DNA of 64,000 bases from Pecten maximus (taxonomy: Eukaryota). The position numbers were made by a program, and so were the translations under genes. Positions 12,233 to 27,200 of the stretch are shown here, one piece after another. Each line of letters starts with the position of its first letter. The stretch's first letter is position 1. Under the pieces are notes generated by a model, which ran no database searches, was not told the origin of the DNA, and worked only from the letters and a program-made list of their open reading frames with translations. Where the stretch lies: positions 30,938,001-31,002,000 of the forward strand of contig NC_047031.1 of assembly GCF_902652985.1 (NCBI RefSeq), given 5' to 3'.

Positions 12233-15200
12233 TGGATTTGTCCACACGAGAAGGGAAGTCCGTTTGACCCATCTTCAGCTTTGCGGTCTTTTGAAGATGC
12301 ACCTTATATGTTATCACTACTATGACGCCAACGACAATGGCGACTGCAGATCCAACGACTGCTCCGACAACTGGCCAAACGTTTGATTTGTTGTTAGTGG
12401 TATGGTGTTTGTGTGGTACACTCTCCTGTTGAAACATAAACAAATGAGAAAGTACAAAACCAGTTATCTAAAATTAAAACAGTATGCTGTTTGTAAAAAA
12501 AAGTAAAAATAAAATGCATTCGTTTTCTTCATTAAGACTGTATACCACGAGTATTTACTTTTACTGTTTGAAATAAATGCGTTAATTCCTTAAACATTTC
12601 ATGTCTCTGCGTGTGGATACTGTGGCTTAGATTATGTTCAATTTATAATGCAAAACAATAAATAAGCTTAAAAGTCAAAGTGATACAAATTCAATGCATT
12701 GTAATTTTGTTTTAAATATGTGTAGTTCTATCCGTCTGAAACAGATTTAGTTATATTTTTATCAATAATGACCGGAAATCACCCACATTGTGATGTGTTT
12801 CCGGAGAACCCTGGTCTGTAACTACAGGAACTAAGTCTACCACTTCCTCTTGGGCCGACGCGATCACGCTCTGTGAAGTCTCGCATCCACTTCCGGCGGA
12901 CGGCTTGGCATTTGCGGTAAAGCTATCTTGACAGCAAATTCCACTGCAGAACAACACAAGGTATGTTCTTGTACTTTAGCAATCGTTATATGGCTGTATA
13001 TGTAACGCCATATATGTCATGAAATGTGAAGATTCTGTACAAGTCCTGTATGTCTTCAAAATTAAATTGTACAAAGGATAAACAAATGCGCGGCACCATT
13101 CACAGATTAGAACTGATCTTTACAACTATTTTGTCTTTCTTAAATAATTTGGTGGTACTGGGGAAAGGGGTATGGACAAAGTGAAAGTAATTCAGAAGGT
13201 CAAAGCATGTAAATGGAGATAGGCATTCAATAGGTCAAAGTATGGAAATCGAAAATGGAATTCAGCATGTCAAAGTATTGCAATCGAGTTGGGAATTCAG
13301 CAACTCAAATTATGGAAATCAAGAGGGGAATTCATCATGTCAAAGTATTGAAATCTAGATGGGAATCCAGTATGTCAAAGTATGAAAATCGAAATGGGAA
13401 TTCAGTATGTCAAAGTATGAAAATCGAGATTAGAATTCAGTATGTCAAATAATGGAAATCAAGATGGGAATTCAGCAAGTCGAAATTGCTCCGAAAAGCA
13501 AATAACAAACCCAAATACTTAACCGGTTAAGTATTTATAAGTATATATGAGGTATCGGTTAAAGGTAAGCATTACCTGATATGTAAACGCTTCCTATCGG
13601 TAGAGTCTATGGTCAGTGAAACGTTTGTAATGTCCACGTACGTTGATACATCAAAAGAGAAGACGGCTGTAGCCGACCATGTGAACGAAGTGCAGTTACT
13701 TCCGGTGTCTGACAATCTGCACTTCCGGGATACGAAGGAAGAACATACGGCTCCAGCAAACTAAACAAGAATACATCAGAATGTTATAATTGCTGGATTT
13801 ACCTAAAATATAAGTAAATGAATAACCACATAGTATATATACCTGGCGGATTTTCAGAAAACAGATTGTTTCGTATTTATATGATAACAAACACTACACG
13901 ATACTTCTAAGCTCCATTAAAATAAAGATCATATGTGTATGATGTATTTCAAATCAAACGTGTAGTATATTTGAATGTTGTTTTACAAAATACGGGCATA
14001 GTATATTTGTATGTTGTATTACAAACCCCGTGTATAGTACAATATTCGTATGCATTGTTGCAAATCACGGATGAAGAATATTTGTATGTATTATCAAAAA
14101 ATCACGGGTATAGTATATTTGTACATATTATTACAAATCACGAGTTATCAGAATATGGCTTCTGGCACAAATGTCTACTCTAAAAAAAGCGCCTACATAC
14201 CATAACTGTTGATCTACTAGACTGAAGGACTGACGCAGATCCCGACAGTTTCACACTCACAGTATAAGTCCTACAAATAACAGATTATAATTTAAAATAA
14301 TAATCGTTCATGATTTTAAGATAGAATATAAAAGCATAACTTTTCCGTTAGAATCATTGGTGGATCTGCTTTAACCATAAAGCAGATCCACACGATGATT
14401 TTATCAGTTATTTGAAGATGTAATGATATATATGACAATGTCCCCTCCCCCCCCCCCCCCCCCCCCCCTCCATTAAAATCAAATGCAAAATGTTACAAGA
14501 AATTAATCATACTGATTGAATAATAGAAACGGAAAACATTTATTGACGAGAGTACATGTTGCTACTTAATTGTTGTTGCTTTTACAAATATACACGTACA
14601 TTTTTGTATGTTACTTTCAGATTATTTCTATAACATTACAATGACCATTCGAACACTTTTTAAACGCGTTTTTGATTTCCTATCATTCGAATGTGACAAT
14701 ATGAAAAATGCAAGATATTGATAAATCTATTAAATTGTGTTTCACGTTTAACATTTTCATATATGTAGTTATAAATCCTTAGGTTATAACTTTTAGCATA
14801 CCCAGCGTTAGCTAGATTATACCGTCGGTACATGTCATCGATTCAAAAGGATTGCACGTTATGCTAATTAGAGAAACAATTAGGTCCTGATATTCAATTA
14901 ATTAGTCCTTACACTAGTTCCAATTCATTCGGACTCAATATCTGGAAATATCCACTTGTGGTATTCCCTGCAGGTAGTATTTGCTGTTGAGATGTTGGAC
15001 TTTGAACCCTTCCCTTGTCGTCAGTAATACTGACAGTGTAGGTCTGGGGGGATCCTCCAAGGTTACTTAGTGTATATGTTATATTGTGGACTACTCCAAC
15101 ATCAAGGTTTCCTGTCAGAAATATAATATATACCTCTCCTCATATCGTATAAAGTATAATAATACAAATAAAAGACACAATGAAAGCAAGTTACTTTATA

Positions 15201-18200
15201 AATTGTATAAAGCGTAACTAAAGATCTACTTATTCATGGATGAGAAATAAAAATCAAAATAAGCATATTAAATATGTTTAAGAAAATATTTTACGTATAC
15301 TAATGGGCTTAATGGAAGTGTTCATTAGCTTATTGTGACAGTATAAGCAATTCATACCCGTTAAGAATTATCCAGTTTCTAGAAATTACGAAATAGTTTC
15401 AATTCTTGGATTATGCAACATCGGTTTATCACCTTAACAGAACTTGTATGCCTATTAATATACGAATAGTATACAATCATTTACTTTCTTTATGCTAGGA
15501 CAAATACTTGTTCACCTTAGAAGTTTGATATTCCCCGAGGTCGAAGAGGTCTTGACAAATCAGTTAAAAGTCAAATAACGATTGGTAATCTACCGTGGCT
15601 ATTAAATATAGCTCGAATAAACGAGGACTAATACATAAGTAAGCTAATATTCATACCACATATTCTAGATATATAAAGGATATCTAGCAGTGTCCTCAGG
15701 AATACCAAATACATTGCATATTTCACGAGTGCGAGGCAGGAGTGAAACATATCAAAATATTCGTCACACTAGTGAAATATATTTGGTATTACTGAAGATG
15801 CTGTTAGATATTCCGTTTATTACATTTCACAGCAAAATATACCGAGACAGCTCAAGATCTCCCAGAATTCATTGCGGTCCCCTTTCAATGGCTCACAAAT
15901 GTACACCAAATCGTGACGTTATGTATTACATCTTGTGTTATGGCGTCATACAACATTACGGAGAGATATATGCACATCTTAATTTTCCCCAATTATCGTT
16001 TCTAAGTATTGTTTTGATTGGTAAAACCAGAAAAAATATCAGAAAAAGCAAAACTTTCAAAGAATGAATACTTTTCGAAATTCAATTGGTAAAAATGTAA
16101 TAAATAGCATAAATTTACCAACTCACAAGAATATAAGTCTTCGCTTGTTTTCTACAGAATGTTGACAGACTGTTTCGCAAAATGTATTACTGAACTATGT
16201 TCTTCAAGGACAACCGCGAAAATTTAGCCAGCTATACCGAACAACTTATCAGTAACAGTATAGACCCATTTATATTTACCTTAATCCCCTTCTGGATATA
16301 GAGACCTTTCTCCCTCGCACCACTGACGAGCCACACTTTAATAATTGATATTATAAGTCACCTTTTTATTTGAATAGAGACGACCTTGACGATTTATATC
16401 ATTTGCTCACCTATTATCGGCTTCACAAATAAATCAACGCTAACAGGACTTGTCATTTTTCTACACATCCTCTTGAATTGGAAACCGTTTTGGTCAATAC
16501 CACTTAACTGTACATAGAAATCCTGAAACATAAATAAATTAGTAAAAAATAGATATGAACACAAAGTGTTAAAAAATTAAGATATAATGACGGATTTATA
16601 ACATCATTAGGTTGTCTCCCTTGCTTACCTTTGCTGGTGTAACAATTGCCATGTATCCAGTTATTTTTGAAGAACCAAACAAGATATGTACAGGATGACT
16701 GTACAGGTGCGTTCCATTGTCGTCCAGTAGATGTAGATTGAACGATGACGACGAAGAGTTCAGGTTGTAGGCGAGGACTTCCAGGGTGTAGTTTTTACCT
16801 GTGGTTAGTTTAAAAATATCACTTGAGTTTTATTCAAGTCGATGAGATATGTTTACATATCTGCCATATGCGTTTGTGTAAGGTGAATAGAATGTGATTA
16901 AGTGATAGAATATCGAGCTAAAATATCTGTGAAGTATTCTTGAACCTTTTAAATCTATCATTTGATGTGTAAATGTTTATACCGATATATTGGTTTTTTA
17001 TATATATTTACACTGTATATCATATTATTTATTTTTTGGTACGGTCTCATCTCCATATCTGTCATGATTATCTCCCCTTTTTTGTTTGAGCGATACATGG
17101 TATCATCGTCAAGATAAGCCTACTTGTTGTTATTTGCTATGTAAATGCCATCCAATAACATCAAACTACTGTAAGATGTATGTGAATACATGTAATGGAC
17201 TCCTTGGACACTATTTCAAAGTATCATACATTATTTGTTTATGCTCTCTGTAAGGTCATACGACTATCCTCGTAGGCTACTGGTATATTTTTTAAAATAA
17301 TAATAATAATATGATTTACAAACCTGCAATAGGATTACGGTCTACTACATACGAGATTCCGAATTTGTCTGTTTCTTTAAGCTGGTAGTCAACGTCCAGA
17401 TAAGTGGACGCTGTGACATTTACTGTCCATGAGGAACTGCTACGTCGGGTCAATTTCCAAATACCAGGAGTTGGCTTCTTTAAATAAAGCATTTACAGAA
17501 ATCAAATTGGATTATTTGAAAAACTTAATTTGTAAAATTGCACATAGGGTGACAAATTTGCTTGTCTCTAGTGTTGAAAATATTTACTGAGGTAATGCCA
17601 TTGTTGTAACGCCAACGACGTATCACAAACGAAACGTTCATTGATTTTATCTACTTTTTACCTAGAAATTATTGTAGTATTTAACATTTAAGAACTACAA
17701 CGGTATTACTATACTGTGTTACTTCGAATATTCATCCTTTTGTGAAACTTTATATTTACCTTGTATTACAAAAGGAATGCAACCTTCTAATTGCGACTTG
17801 TATTCGATATATCTATTAGTTGTGATTGCACTATGTATATACTAAATTGACATTCATCAGAAAATAAATTCGTGAATGCGATTCTTTGAAATTAAACCGA
17901 TAATTAACATAGAGAAAATTAAAGGTTAAGCATTATTTAAACAATACACACTTCTGGATACCGTTATTTTTCTTCTCTTATCCCTATACTTTTCTAAGTA
18001 CGATTTAACAGCGTAGGAAAGGGCTTTAGTAATGAACTAAATTTGACAAATTAACACTAAACAGCTCGGGTGATCATTCCTACCTGTATGGACATCGTAA
18101 TTGTATGACTGGAGTAATATTGAGTAGCATGTTTCGTGCTAAATGTCTGGAGAGTTCCTACAAAACAAAACAATATTAGGAAAAGGGTGGAAATGAAAAA

Positions 18201-21200
18201 GGGTAATATAATAAATATGATATTTGAATTATAGGATGGCGAGTTGTCTATGTTATATTTCATTTTGTTTAAATTGACCACTTCCGGGATGGTAATGACG
18301 TTAAACAGGAACAAAGATCGCAAAAAAAATAACCTTTCTTACATTATGCAGTTGTTTGATGCTTGTCAATAAACTTGGTAATTCCATTTTACATCTCCGT
18401 TATAGGTTTTTGCTTGTTGTTTTTATCACGGATATATCAATAAAGAATGCAAATAGAACTCTCCCACCCTGCTGTCCTTTCGTTCTCCCTCTCGCTACCA
18501 TATTTCTGTCCCTCCGTCCTCCCTCCCATTCCTCACCTTCTGTCCTTACGTCTTCCCTCTCATTCACAACCCTTTTGTTGTTCCATCCTCCCTCTCACTC
18601 CGAGCCCTTCTGTCGTACCGTCCTGCCTCCCACTCCCAGCCCTTCTGTCTTACCGTCCTCCCTCCCACTCCCAGCCCTTCTGTCGTACCGTCCTCCCTCC
18701 CACCACTCCCAGCCCTTCTGTACTTCCATCTTCCCTCCCAATCCCACCATTAGATAATAAGAGCGCAGCTCTAGGGCGCCGAAGGTGCCCGAGCGAAGCT
18801 CTCTAAATACTGGAAAACGGTACCTCCAACAAGAGTTGCCTCCCTTCCCATATAATGTACATACGAACAAAGAAAATCGTATGGTCAAAAAAACCGGTAC
18901 CGGAATGGCTCAAAACCGGATGTAGTATTCCCATGGGCAAAAATCTTGAACAATATCAACACCAAAGTCTCACTATAGTGTTTAAGCATTAGTTATATAT
19001 GACTTTTGTTCTCAGATGAAAAATAAGTAACAAAAATAGCGGTATGTTTTCGCTTTTATTTTTATCATGTCGTCCGTAACCGATCGGGAATTACCGAATG
19101 TCATCGTCTCCATTCACGTCTGACCTAGATATATTGTACACAACAAGACATGCGAGTACGTTGGAATTAAACTCAGTATAGGGTCCTTGTAATTATTTTT
19201 GTATGTGGTTCCAGTCTGATCTGATCAAAGGTAGGCATTTGCCGATAACACTGTGTTATGATCGATTCTATCATAAATATTTAGGCCGCCTTGTCGATTT
19301 ATTTTCTCAGCGTTAACGTTAGGCTTACGACAGGCACTTGATTTACATTGTAAACAATGCCGAAAGACAACTAGGCTAGGCATATGCATAGGAAACAAGT
19401 GCCTATCGGTTACGTCCCAGCTTTTTTATTGTTAGTTACAGATGATACGATGTGTCTGACTCGCATTGTATATTTAGAAGAAGGTTATATTATCTACAGC
19501 ACATGGCCATGGGGCTAGTAACCATTTAAAATGAAGCCCATGTGATAACCCTAGATTTTTATCATTTATGAAATGCAGGCTTAGTACATGTGTAGTTAGT
19601 CTACATTAGTCAGCAGAAATAAACATAGATCAACATGGCACATATGTAGGTTGTACCAAGAATAATGATTGAATTTTAAATGAAATTTATCTGAAAAATA
19701 ATTCTTTGCAATGTTTATAAAATAATTGTCATATTATATAATTATACTGTTGAGAGTATTATAGATCAGATTTCTATTGCTAAGTATAGTAACTGTTTAT
19801 TTCACAAAATATTGCCTGAAATTAATAAAAAGGAAATTTAAAACCATCTTTTGTACTCAATGTCAAAACATACAAGGACTGTTTTATTGTGTGTGTTCTA
19901 ATTAGGTGTTTGAAGTTCCAACACTTCTCCAATGCCTGGCATGTTCTTAAATGACCCTGGCAGATAATTATAAAATGAGACTCAATTTAGAGGGACATTC
20001 CTTCTTTCAGATATCAGAACCATGTACATTTTTTACTGATGAAATCCACTTTTGAACAGGGAAATAAATAAATGCCAAAATGTACAGAAAAATGATGAAT
20101 CCTACAAAAATACTGACTGACTTTCAAGTAAAAAGTGATATTTTGGTAGGAATAAAGAATTTTTAGGACTTAGAATTTGGAGAACTTGTGTTAATTACCC
20201 TGCGAGTCAAACTGTTAGATTTATGTAAATTAAAGATTCGAAGATTTACTATTTGGGAAAAAATCATATTTTCCAATAAGTTTAATTTTGATGACCTAAC
20301 CTTTGAATTTAAACTAATGATGGAATCACCCTTTAAATGAAGTAAACCAAATTTAAACCAAATGTATTACAATGTTTATGAACACATGTAAATGTACAGT
20401 GTAATATGATTTAAACCTTATAAACAACTGCTGTTAATTTCCAAAGCCTGGAAGATTATAGAATTTCTATAATTATTTTGTAATTAATCATAATTACAAA
20501 AGGAGAGTAATTGTCTATGGTGTTGACTCTTACAAATTCTGTTTTAGTGAAGACAAGAGAATACATGTTCTTACAATCAAAATTAATTAACTCGAACTAT
20601 GATAACTCAAAAACACTGATTATAAATTAAAGTATCTCACTGGTCCAAGTCAAAATCTTTGTTTTTATAGTAATAAATATATATAAGATAATTCAAAGTT
20701 TGACAACTCGAAAAACTTTGATATAAATAACTAAATTTAAACTTTCAACCAGATATTACAAAATTGACAGAACATTATAATTATATACTGATGTAATCCC
20801 AAAGTTGATTCATATTTCATTTTTGTAAAGCGCACAATGTTAACTGTTAAGTGAATTTCTTTTAAAAGTTCTCTATAAACAGATCTTCAAATCATATGTT
20901 ATAAGTACATGTCCTCGGTTCAAAGCCGTTTTGCCCAAAAATGAGTTGAAGTGACTGAATAACAGTTCAAAATGTTCTATATTCGAATTTCCATTCCAAA
21001 TATATGGTAGAATCAAATATTACACATGGTAAAAGGATCTTCAATTCAAGTCCTTTAAAATTGATATAATTTAATGCACCTTGGGTCTGTAGTTTTTTTT
21101 TTAAGATGAGGGGACCCGTGTTATTTAGTTAACTCAATGCAAAAACAGAAATTATATAATAGAAGTATCAGAATGGGATATCTGTGCAATAGTATATATG

Positions 21201-24200
21201 TTTATATATTTATGTACATGTGTATATACATATATATAGAATAAAACTTGTAGAAACCTTGTGAATCGATTAAATATATATATGTATATATATATATATT
21301 GGCACTATGACTGATCCACAGTGGCCTGAGTAGTGGGACCAAAAAGCGTAAAATTGACGAAACTTCTAAACTTCCAGATATGAAGAAATCAAACTTATCC
21401 TTCATGGATGAAAGAGACTTGATTAAGGTACTTTTCAAAATATTAGATTTTTTTTTTTTTTTTTTTACCACAGGGTGTCCTGTTCTGTTACCCTATAGGG
21501 ATGGGTTATAGAAATAATTATTTAATTCATATACAGAAATCACACTTTTTGGCCTTATTTAATTTGTTCAATTAATTTATTAAATAAAAGCGAGTTTACA
21601 ACCATCACTACAAATATTTAATAGCAGTGGCGTCAATATTTGTTTAAAGTCCACATTTGACAGTGTTATTGAGTTGTATGCTGTCAGATTGAATTGAAAC
21701 TGGTGAGGGTACTGATACAATCATACTGTTGTACATGCTCCTATACTGTACATGCACGCGCACCTATCCATCATTTAGAGGATTTTTTTCCAGGTTCACC
21801 TATTTTTGGGTAAAATAAAAATACTAACGGAATTTTGTGAAGTTATGTTCAGATTCACTTTAAACTGTGTTATAAAAGCAATATTAATCTAATTGAAACT
21901 TAAATGTCTTTACAGATTCACATATTTTGGCCTCAAAACTGAATTTTGAGAATTTTCATTAAAGTTCAGTTTTCACCCTATCTCAATGTCTCACTGAACA
22001 CTGGTTACTGATATTATTTAATTACTTGAACACTACTCCATAAATTGAAAGATGTTATTGATAAAGCGAGAAAGATGAGATATATAATTCTGTATAATTC
22101 TTTTTATATAAGGCCTTTTGATGACTTATCATGGCCTTGTGATTTTCATAAATCTGCTAATATAATGAAAAAATTTACATATATATTACATAAACAGATA
22201 TATATACACGTATACAAGTGACAATTAGATTAGCTGTGCTCTTCCAAGGCTTTGCCTTCATTCATATTATAATTGAATGTTAACCATTTGGAAGTAGTAG
22301 TAATTGTGTAATTATATAGGGCAAATATAGTGTTTACCATTGAGTAGTAGTAATTGTATAATTATATAGGACATATAGAGTGTTTATCATTGGGTAGTAG
22401 TAATTGTATAATAATATAAGACAAATACAGTGTTTACCATTGAGTAGTAGTAATTGTATAATTATATAGGACAAATAGAGTGTTTACCATTGGATAGTAG
22501 TAATTGTATAAGTATATAAGACAAATATAGTGTTTACCATTGAGTAGTAGTAATTGTATAATTATATAAGACAAATATGTGTTTACCATTGGGTAGAAGT
22601 AATTGTATAATTATATAGTACAAATGGAGAGTTTACCATTAGGTAGCAGCAATTGTATGATTATATAGGACAAATAGAGTGTTTACCATTGAGTAGTAAG
22701 TAATTGTATAATCATATAAGACAAATAGAGTGTTTACCATTGGGTAGTAGTAATTGTATAATTATATAGGAAAAATAGAGTGTTTACCATTGGGTAGTAG
22801 TAATTGTATAATTATATAGGACAAATAGAGTGTTTACCATTGGGTAGTAAGTAATTGCATAATAATATAAGACAAATAGTGTGTTTACCATTGAGTAGTA
22901 GTAATTGTATGATTATATAGGACAAATATAGTGTTTACCATTAGGTAGCAGCAATTGTATGATTATATAGTACAAATGGAGAGTTTACCATTAGGTAGCA
23001 GCAATTGTATGATTATATAGGACAAATAGAGTGTTTACCATTGAGTAGTAGTAATTGTATAAATATATAGGACAAATAGAATGTTTACCATTGAGCAGTA
23101 GTAATTGTATAAATATATAGATGTAGGACAAATAGAATGTTTACCATTGAGCAGTAGTAATTGTATAAATATATAGATGTAGGACAAATAGAATGTTTAC
23201 TATTGAGCAGTAGTAATTGTATAATTATATAGATGTAGGACAAATAGAATGTTTACCATTGGGTAGTAAGTAATTGTATGATTATATTAGACAAATAGAA
23301 TGTTAACCATTTGGTAGCATTCATTTTATAATTATATAGATGTAGGACAAATAGAGAGTTTACCATTAGGTAGTAGTAATGGTATAAATATATAGGAAAA
23401 ATAGAGAGTTTACCATTTGGTAGCATTCATTTTATAATTATATAGATGTAGGACAAATAGAGAGTTTACCATTAGGTAGTAGTAATGGTATAAATATATA
23501 GGAAAAATAGAGAGTTTACCATTTGGTAGCATTCATTTTATAATTATATAGATGTAGGACAAATAGAGAGTTTACCATTAGGTAGTAGTAATGGTATAAA
23601 TATATAGGAAAAATAGAGAGTTTACCATTTGGTAGCATTCATTTTATAATTATATAGATGTAGGACAAATAGAGAGTTTACCATTAGGTAGTAGTAATGG
23701 TATAAATATATAGGAAAAATAGAGAGTTTACTATTTGGTAGCATTCATTTTGTAATTATATAGATGTAGGACAAATAGAGAGTTTACCATTAGGTAGTAG
23801 TAATGGTATAAATATATAGGAAAAATAGAGAGTTTACCATTTGGTAGCATTCATTTTGTAATTATATAGATGTAGGACAAATAGAGAGTTTACCATTAGG
23901 TAGTAGTAATGGTATAAATATATAGGAAAAATAGAGAGTTTACCATTTGGTAGCATTCATTTTGTAATTATATAGATGTAGGACAAATAGAGAGTTTACC
24001 ATTAGGTAGAGCCAGTAACGCCTGAGACAAAACGTACGGTCCTTTGATGGTGATAACGAGGACGGCTGCGTCACTGTCCACAATTATATCCATGGTGTCG
24101 TTGTCTGAGGTTGTCCGGACAAAGTAGTCAATAATGGCTTCGGAGGACGGGAAATCTTTCTGTTAATGTATAAATGTTACTAATGTGATCGTTACGTTAA

Positions 24201-27200
24201 AAGGAGCATGGTATACCTGTATAACGATGGTTCCCTAATGACAACTTACACAAGGTATAGGTGGCAGTAGATTGTGACCTTTCAATAGTTGCGTTTTTAT
24301 TTTCGCGTAACTCTTGCGTTAGATGTATAATACTTAATTCTTAAATAGCATAATGTATACCCGATGGAAACAAGAGATATTGGTATATAGGTACAATTGT
24401 ATGAAACACTTTATTTGGTTGGGATAATGATCACATGCACAAACTAATGTTATTTTATGATTTAAATTAAAGGGGAACAACTCTTCATTTATAGATACCA
24501 ATGGCAAACACAAAAGTACCCTCAGCATTAGGCAAATGTAACTTTTTAAATAGCTTGTTACAAAAGTGTTTCTTTAAACAAATATTATATTATTAACTGA
24601 ATTAATTGATCACTTTTTAAATTAAATTCGCCTGATTTAAAAATAAAAATAGACAAAAATACCGAGAGTTCTGATTTTTGCTTTCTAAATGAATACACAA
24701 ACCGACTAAACCGAAACATGACATTTATTTATTGAAAATCGTCCATCCTTTCTATATTATCTACTGACGTTGAATGTTAGGTCATCATATTCCACCCACC
24801 TATTCTGTCGAGAAAGAAAGATCGGTAGCCTCCGGTTAAAATCGACATAAGTTATACTATCAATATGTCACTGTCTGTATGCATATATGTATGTGTATAC
24901 CTACCTCAAGTATAGTATCTAGGACAGCGGTGACGTCAGTGTGGTCTATAAGGTGAACACTACCATTAGTACTAAGAGCAAGGGTCTCGAAGGCTGAACC
25001 TCTTGTTTGTGGCTGCAGTACGTCTGAGTTTAACATAAAATTATACTGTTAATTAATTGATTAATAGGATGAAGTCAAATGAAAAATGTTACCATTTTGG
25101 TATATTCTGTTATATAACATTATAAAAGTCAACTTACCATCAATATATAAAGTTCGAACCGACCTCAGTTTCATCACGATCCTTACCTTATATTGAACTC
25201 TTCCATAGGTAAGTATTACAGAATTTAAGCAAAATTTTTACCGATCTAAAATTCAAGAAAAGCTCTAAGTAGATTGTCAACTAAATGAAATATTGGCAAA
25301 AATATGATATAATAATAAAAAGATAAATAACGATTGAAAATTAACAGTTGTAAATGTAACTAGACGGGATTATTATTATAATCGTAAGGGCAAAGGATAT
25401 ATAAATAAATATGTCAATGTATGAAATATATCAATATTCATGAGACACACGCGCATGCTATCTTGATGTATTGATATATTTCATAAATTGACATATTTAT
25501 TTATATATCTTTTGCCTTACGATAATAAGAATCCCGTCCTGTTACATTTGATAAATAAATGTGTCGATGTGTAAAATATATAAATATATCTTCGATATAG
25601 CAAATATTAAAACACAGGAGAAAACCTAGATTATGGAGGAAGTACATTTGTTTTCGCTTGCGATATGATGAGATTTAACACAGAAATTAGATGTTTGATT
25701 TTGTTAAACGTCCTATTAACAGCCAGGGTCATTTAAGGACGTGCCAGGTTTTCGAGGTGGAGGAAAGCCGGAGTACCTGGAGAAAAACCACCGGCCTTCG
25801 GTCAGCACCTGGCAACTGCCCCACATAGGCTTCGAACTCGCAACCCAGAGGTGGAGGGCTAGTGTTAAAGTGTCGGGACACCTTAACCACTCGGCCACCG
25901 CGGCCCCTTACACAGAGATTAAACTCTCTTGGATAAGAAATTGTATACATTTTCACAAAAAACAAAAGTCAAAGTTGTTCGACACACAAAAAGACGGCAT
26001 ACCTCTACGACGTCGACTAGATCCAGAACAATTGCCTGTAAGTATGAACTCCAGTGTGATATGTTTCGCAGTAGCTTCTTTTATAGCCAAGTCCGTCATA
26101 TTCTCATCCTTGGCGTCAGCATCCGTAGCGATGTAGATTTTAGAATATGGATCGGATGCATTAATAGCTATGAAGTATATAATATTACTATATAAATATC
26201 ACTACATATAATAGTCTCATGTTTATATTGGAATTTTAATTGATATTATTATCAGGTATCTTTGAAATATAGATACAAAATTCTATTCCATTCTTTCATT
26301 ACTTTCCAATAGATCTTTTTCTAACATTAATGTTTCATTTTGCGTTTTCTCTAATTAAGTAATTATAAGTTTGCTATTTCCATTGATAGGTCAGTGGTAA
26401 TATACTATGTTGTAAGACTTACCAGCTCGTACTCCAGACAGGGCAAATTCGGGACAGTCACCTCCCCCATCTACTGTCAGCCTTTCTATCCACCGTATCA
26501 TCTCGTTACCGTCGGCTGTTGCGTTGACCGTGGTCAGGTTTGCTACAATATACAATAAGTTCTTAAAACAACAGGGAATAACACAATTAAAACATAACCA
26601 TATTCTAAATAAAAAAAGAAAAAAAAAACTACGATCTACATTTACAAGGTTGGTAAAGGCAGAAGACGCTTAACCTTCCTGAACATCTGGTTAATTGGTG
26701 TGCCATATTGCTCCCCTATATCTCATTCACAACGTGCCCTAGTTAATTGATTGTACATGTAGTTACGTTTGCGTTGACGCACACAGTAACTGTTTGATAA
26801 AATCACAAACAATGTCCGACTTATCTGACGTTATAGATACTATAAGCTCTAATATTACACACATATGAAAACTTGCTGATGCCTATTTTTATTTTTGCTT
26901 TTTTTCTGTTTTCCATTTGTTTTTAATACGGTCCATGATAAACGTATTTATATTGGTAGTGTAAACCACTACCCGACAGAAATCCACCCCTTTCTGCAAG
27001 TGTATTTCGAACCCATGTTCTGGAGAAAATGATCTGAAGCTCCCAGTTGGCTGCACTGATCACGACCTCAGTATACCGTCAACGCATTACCGGTCACGGC
27101 TACCGAATATGATAACATATGTACATTGTATGTATTACCTACCTGGATCACTGAAGGTCGACAGGACATACTTGGTCGGCTCGTTCTGTGTTCCAATAGC

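Noticed and set aside
14443-14468. Long poly-C run
   Set aside because: Simple homopolymer of unreliable length with no evidence of function.
18356-18888. Pro/Ser-rich ORFs of 97-133 aa
   Set aside because: They translate a low-complexity C/T tandem repeat inside an intron.
25741-26195. Plus-strand ORFs overlapping exons (also 36500-36823, 52757-53035, 60727-60939, 63455-63694)
   Set aside because: Antisense shadows of the minus-strand exons or of SINE sequence.
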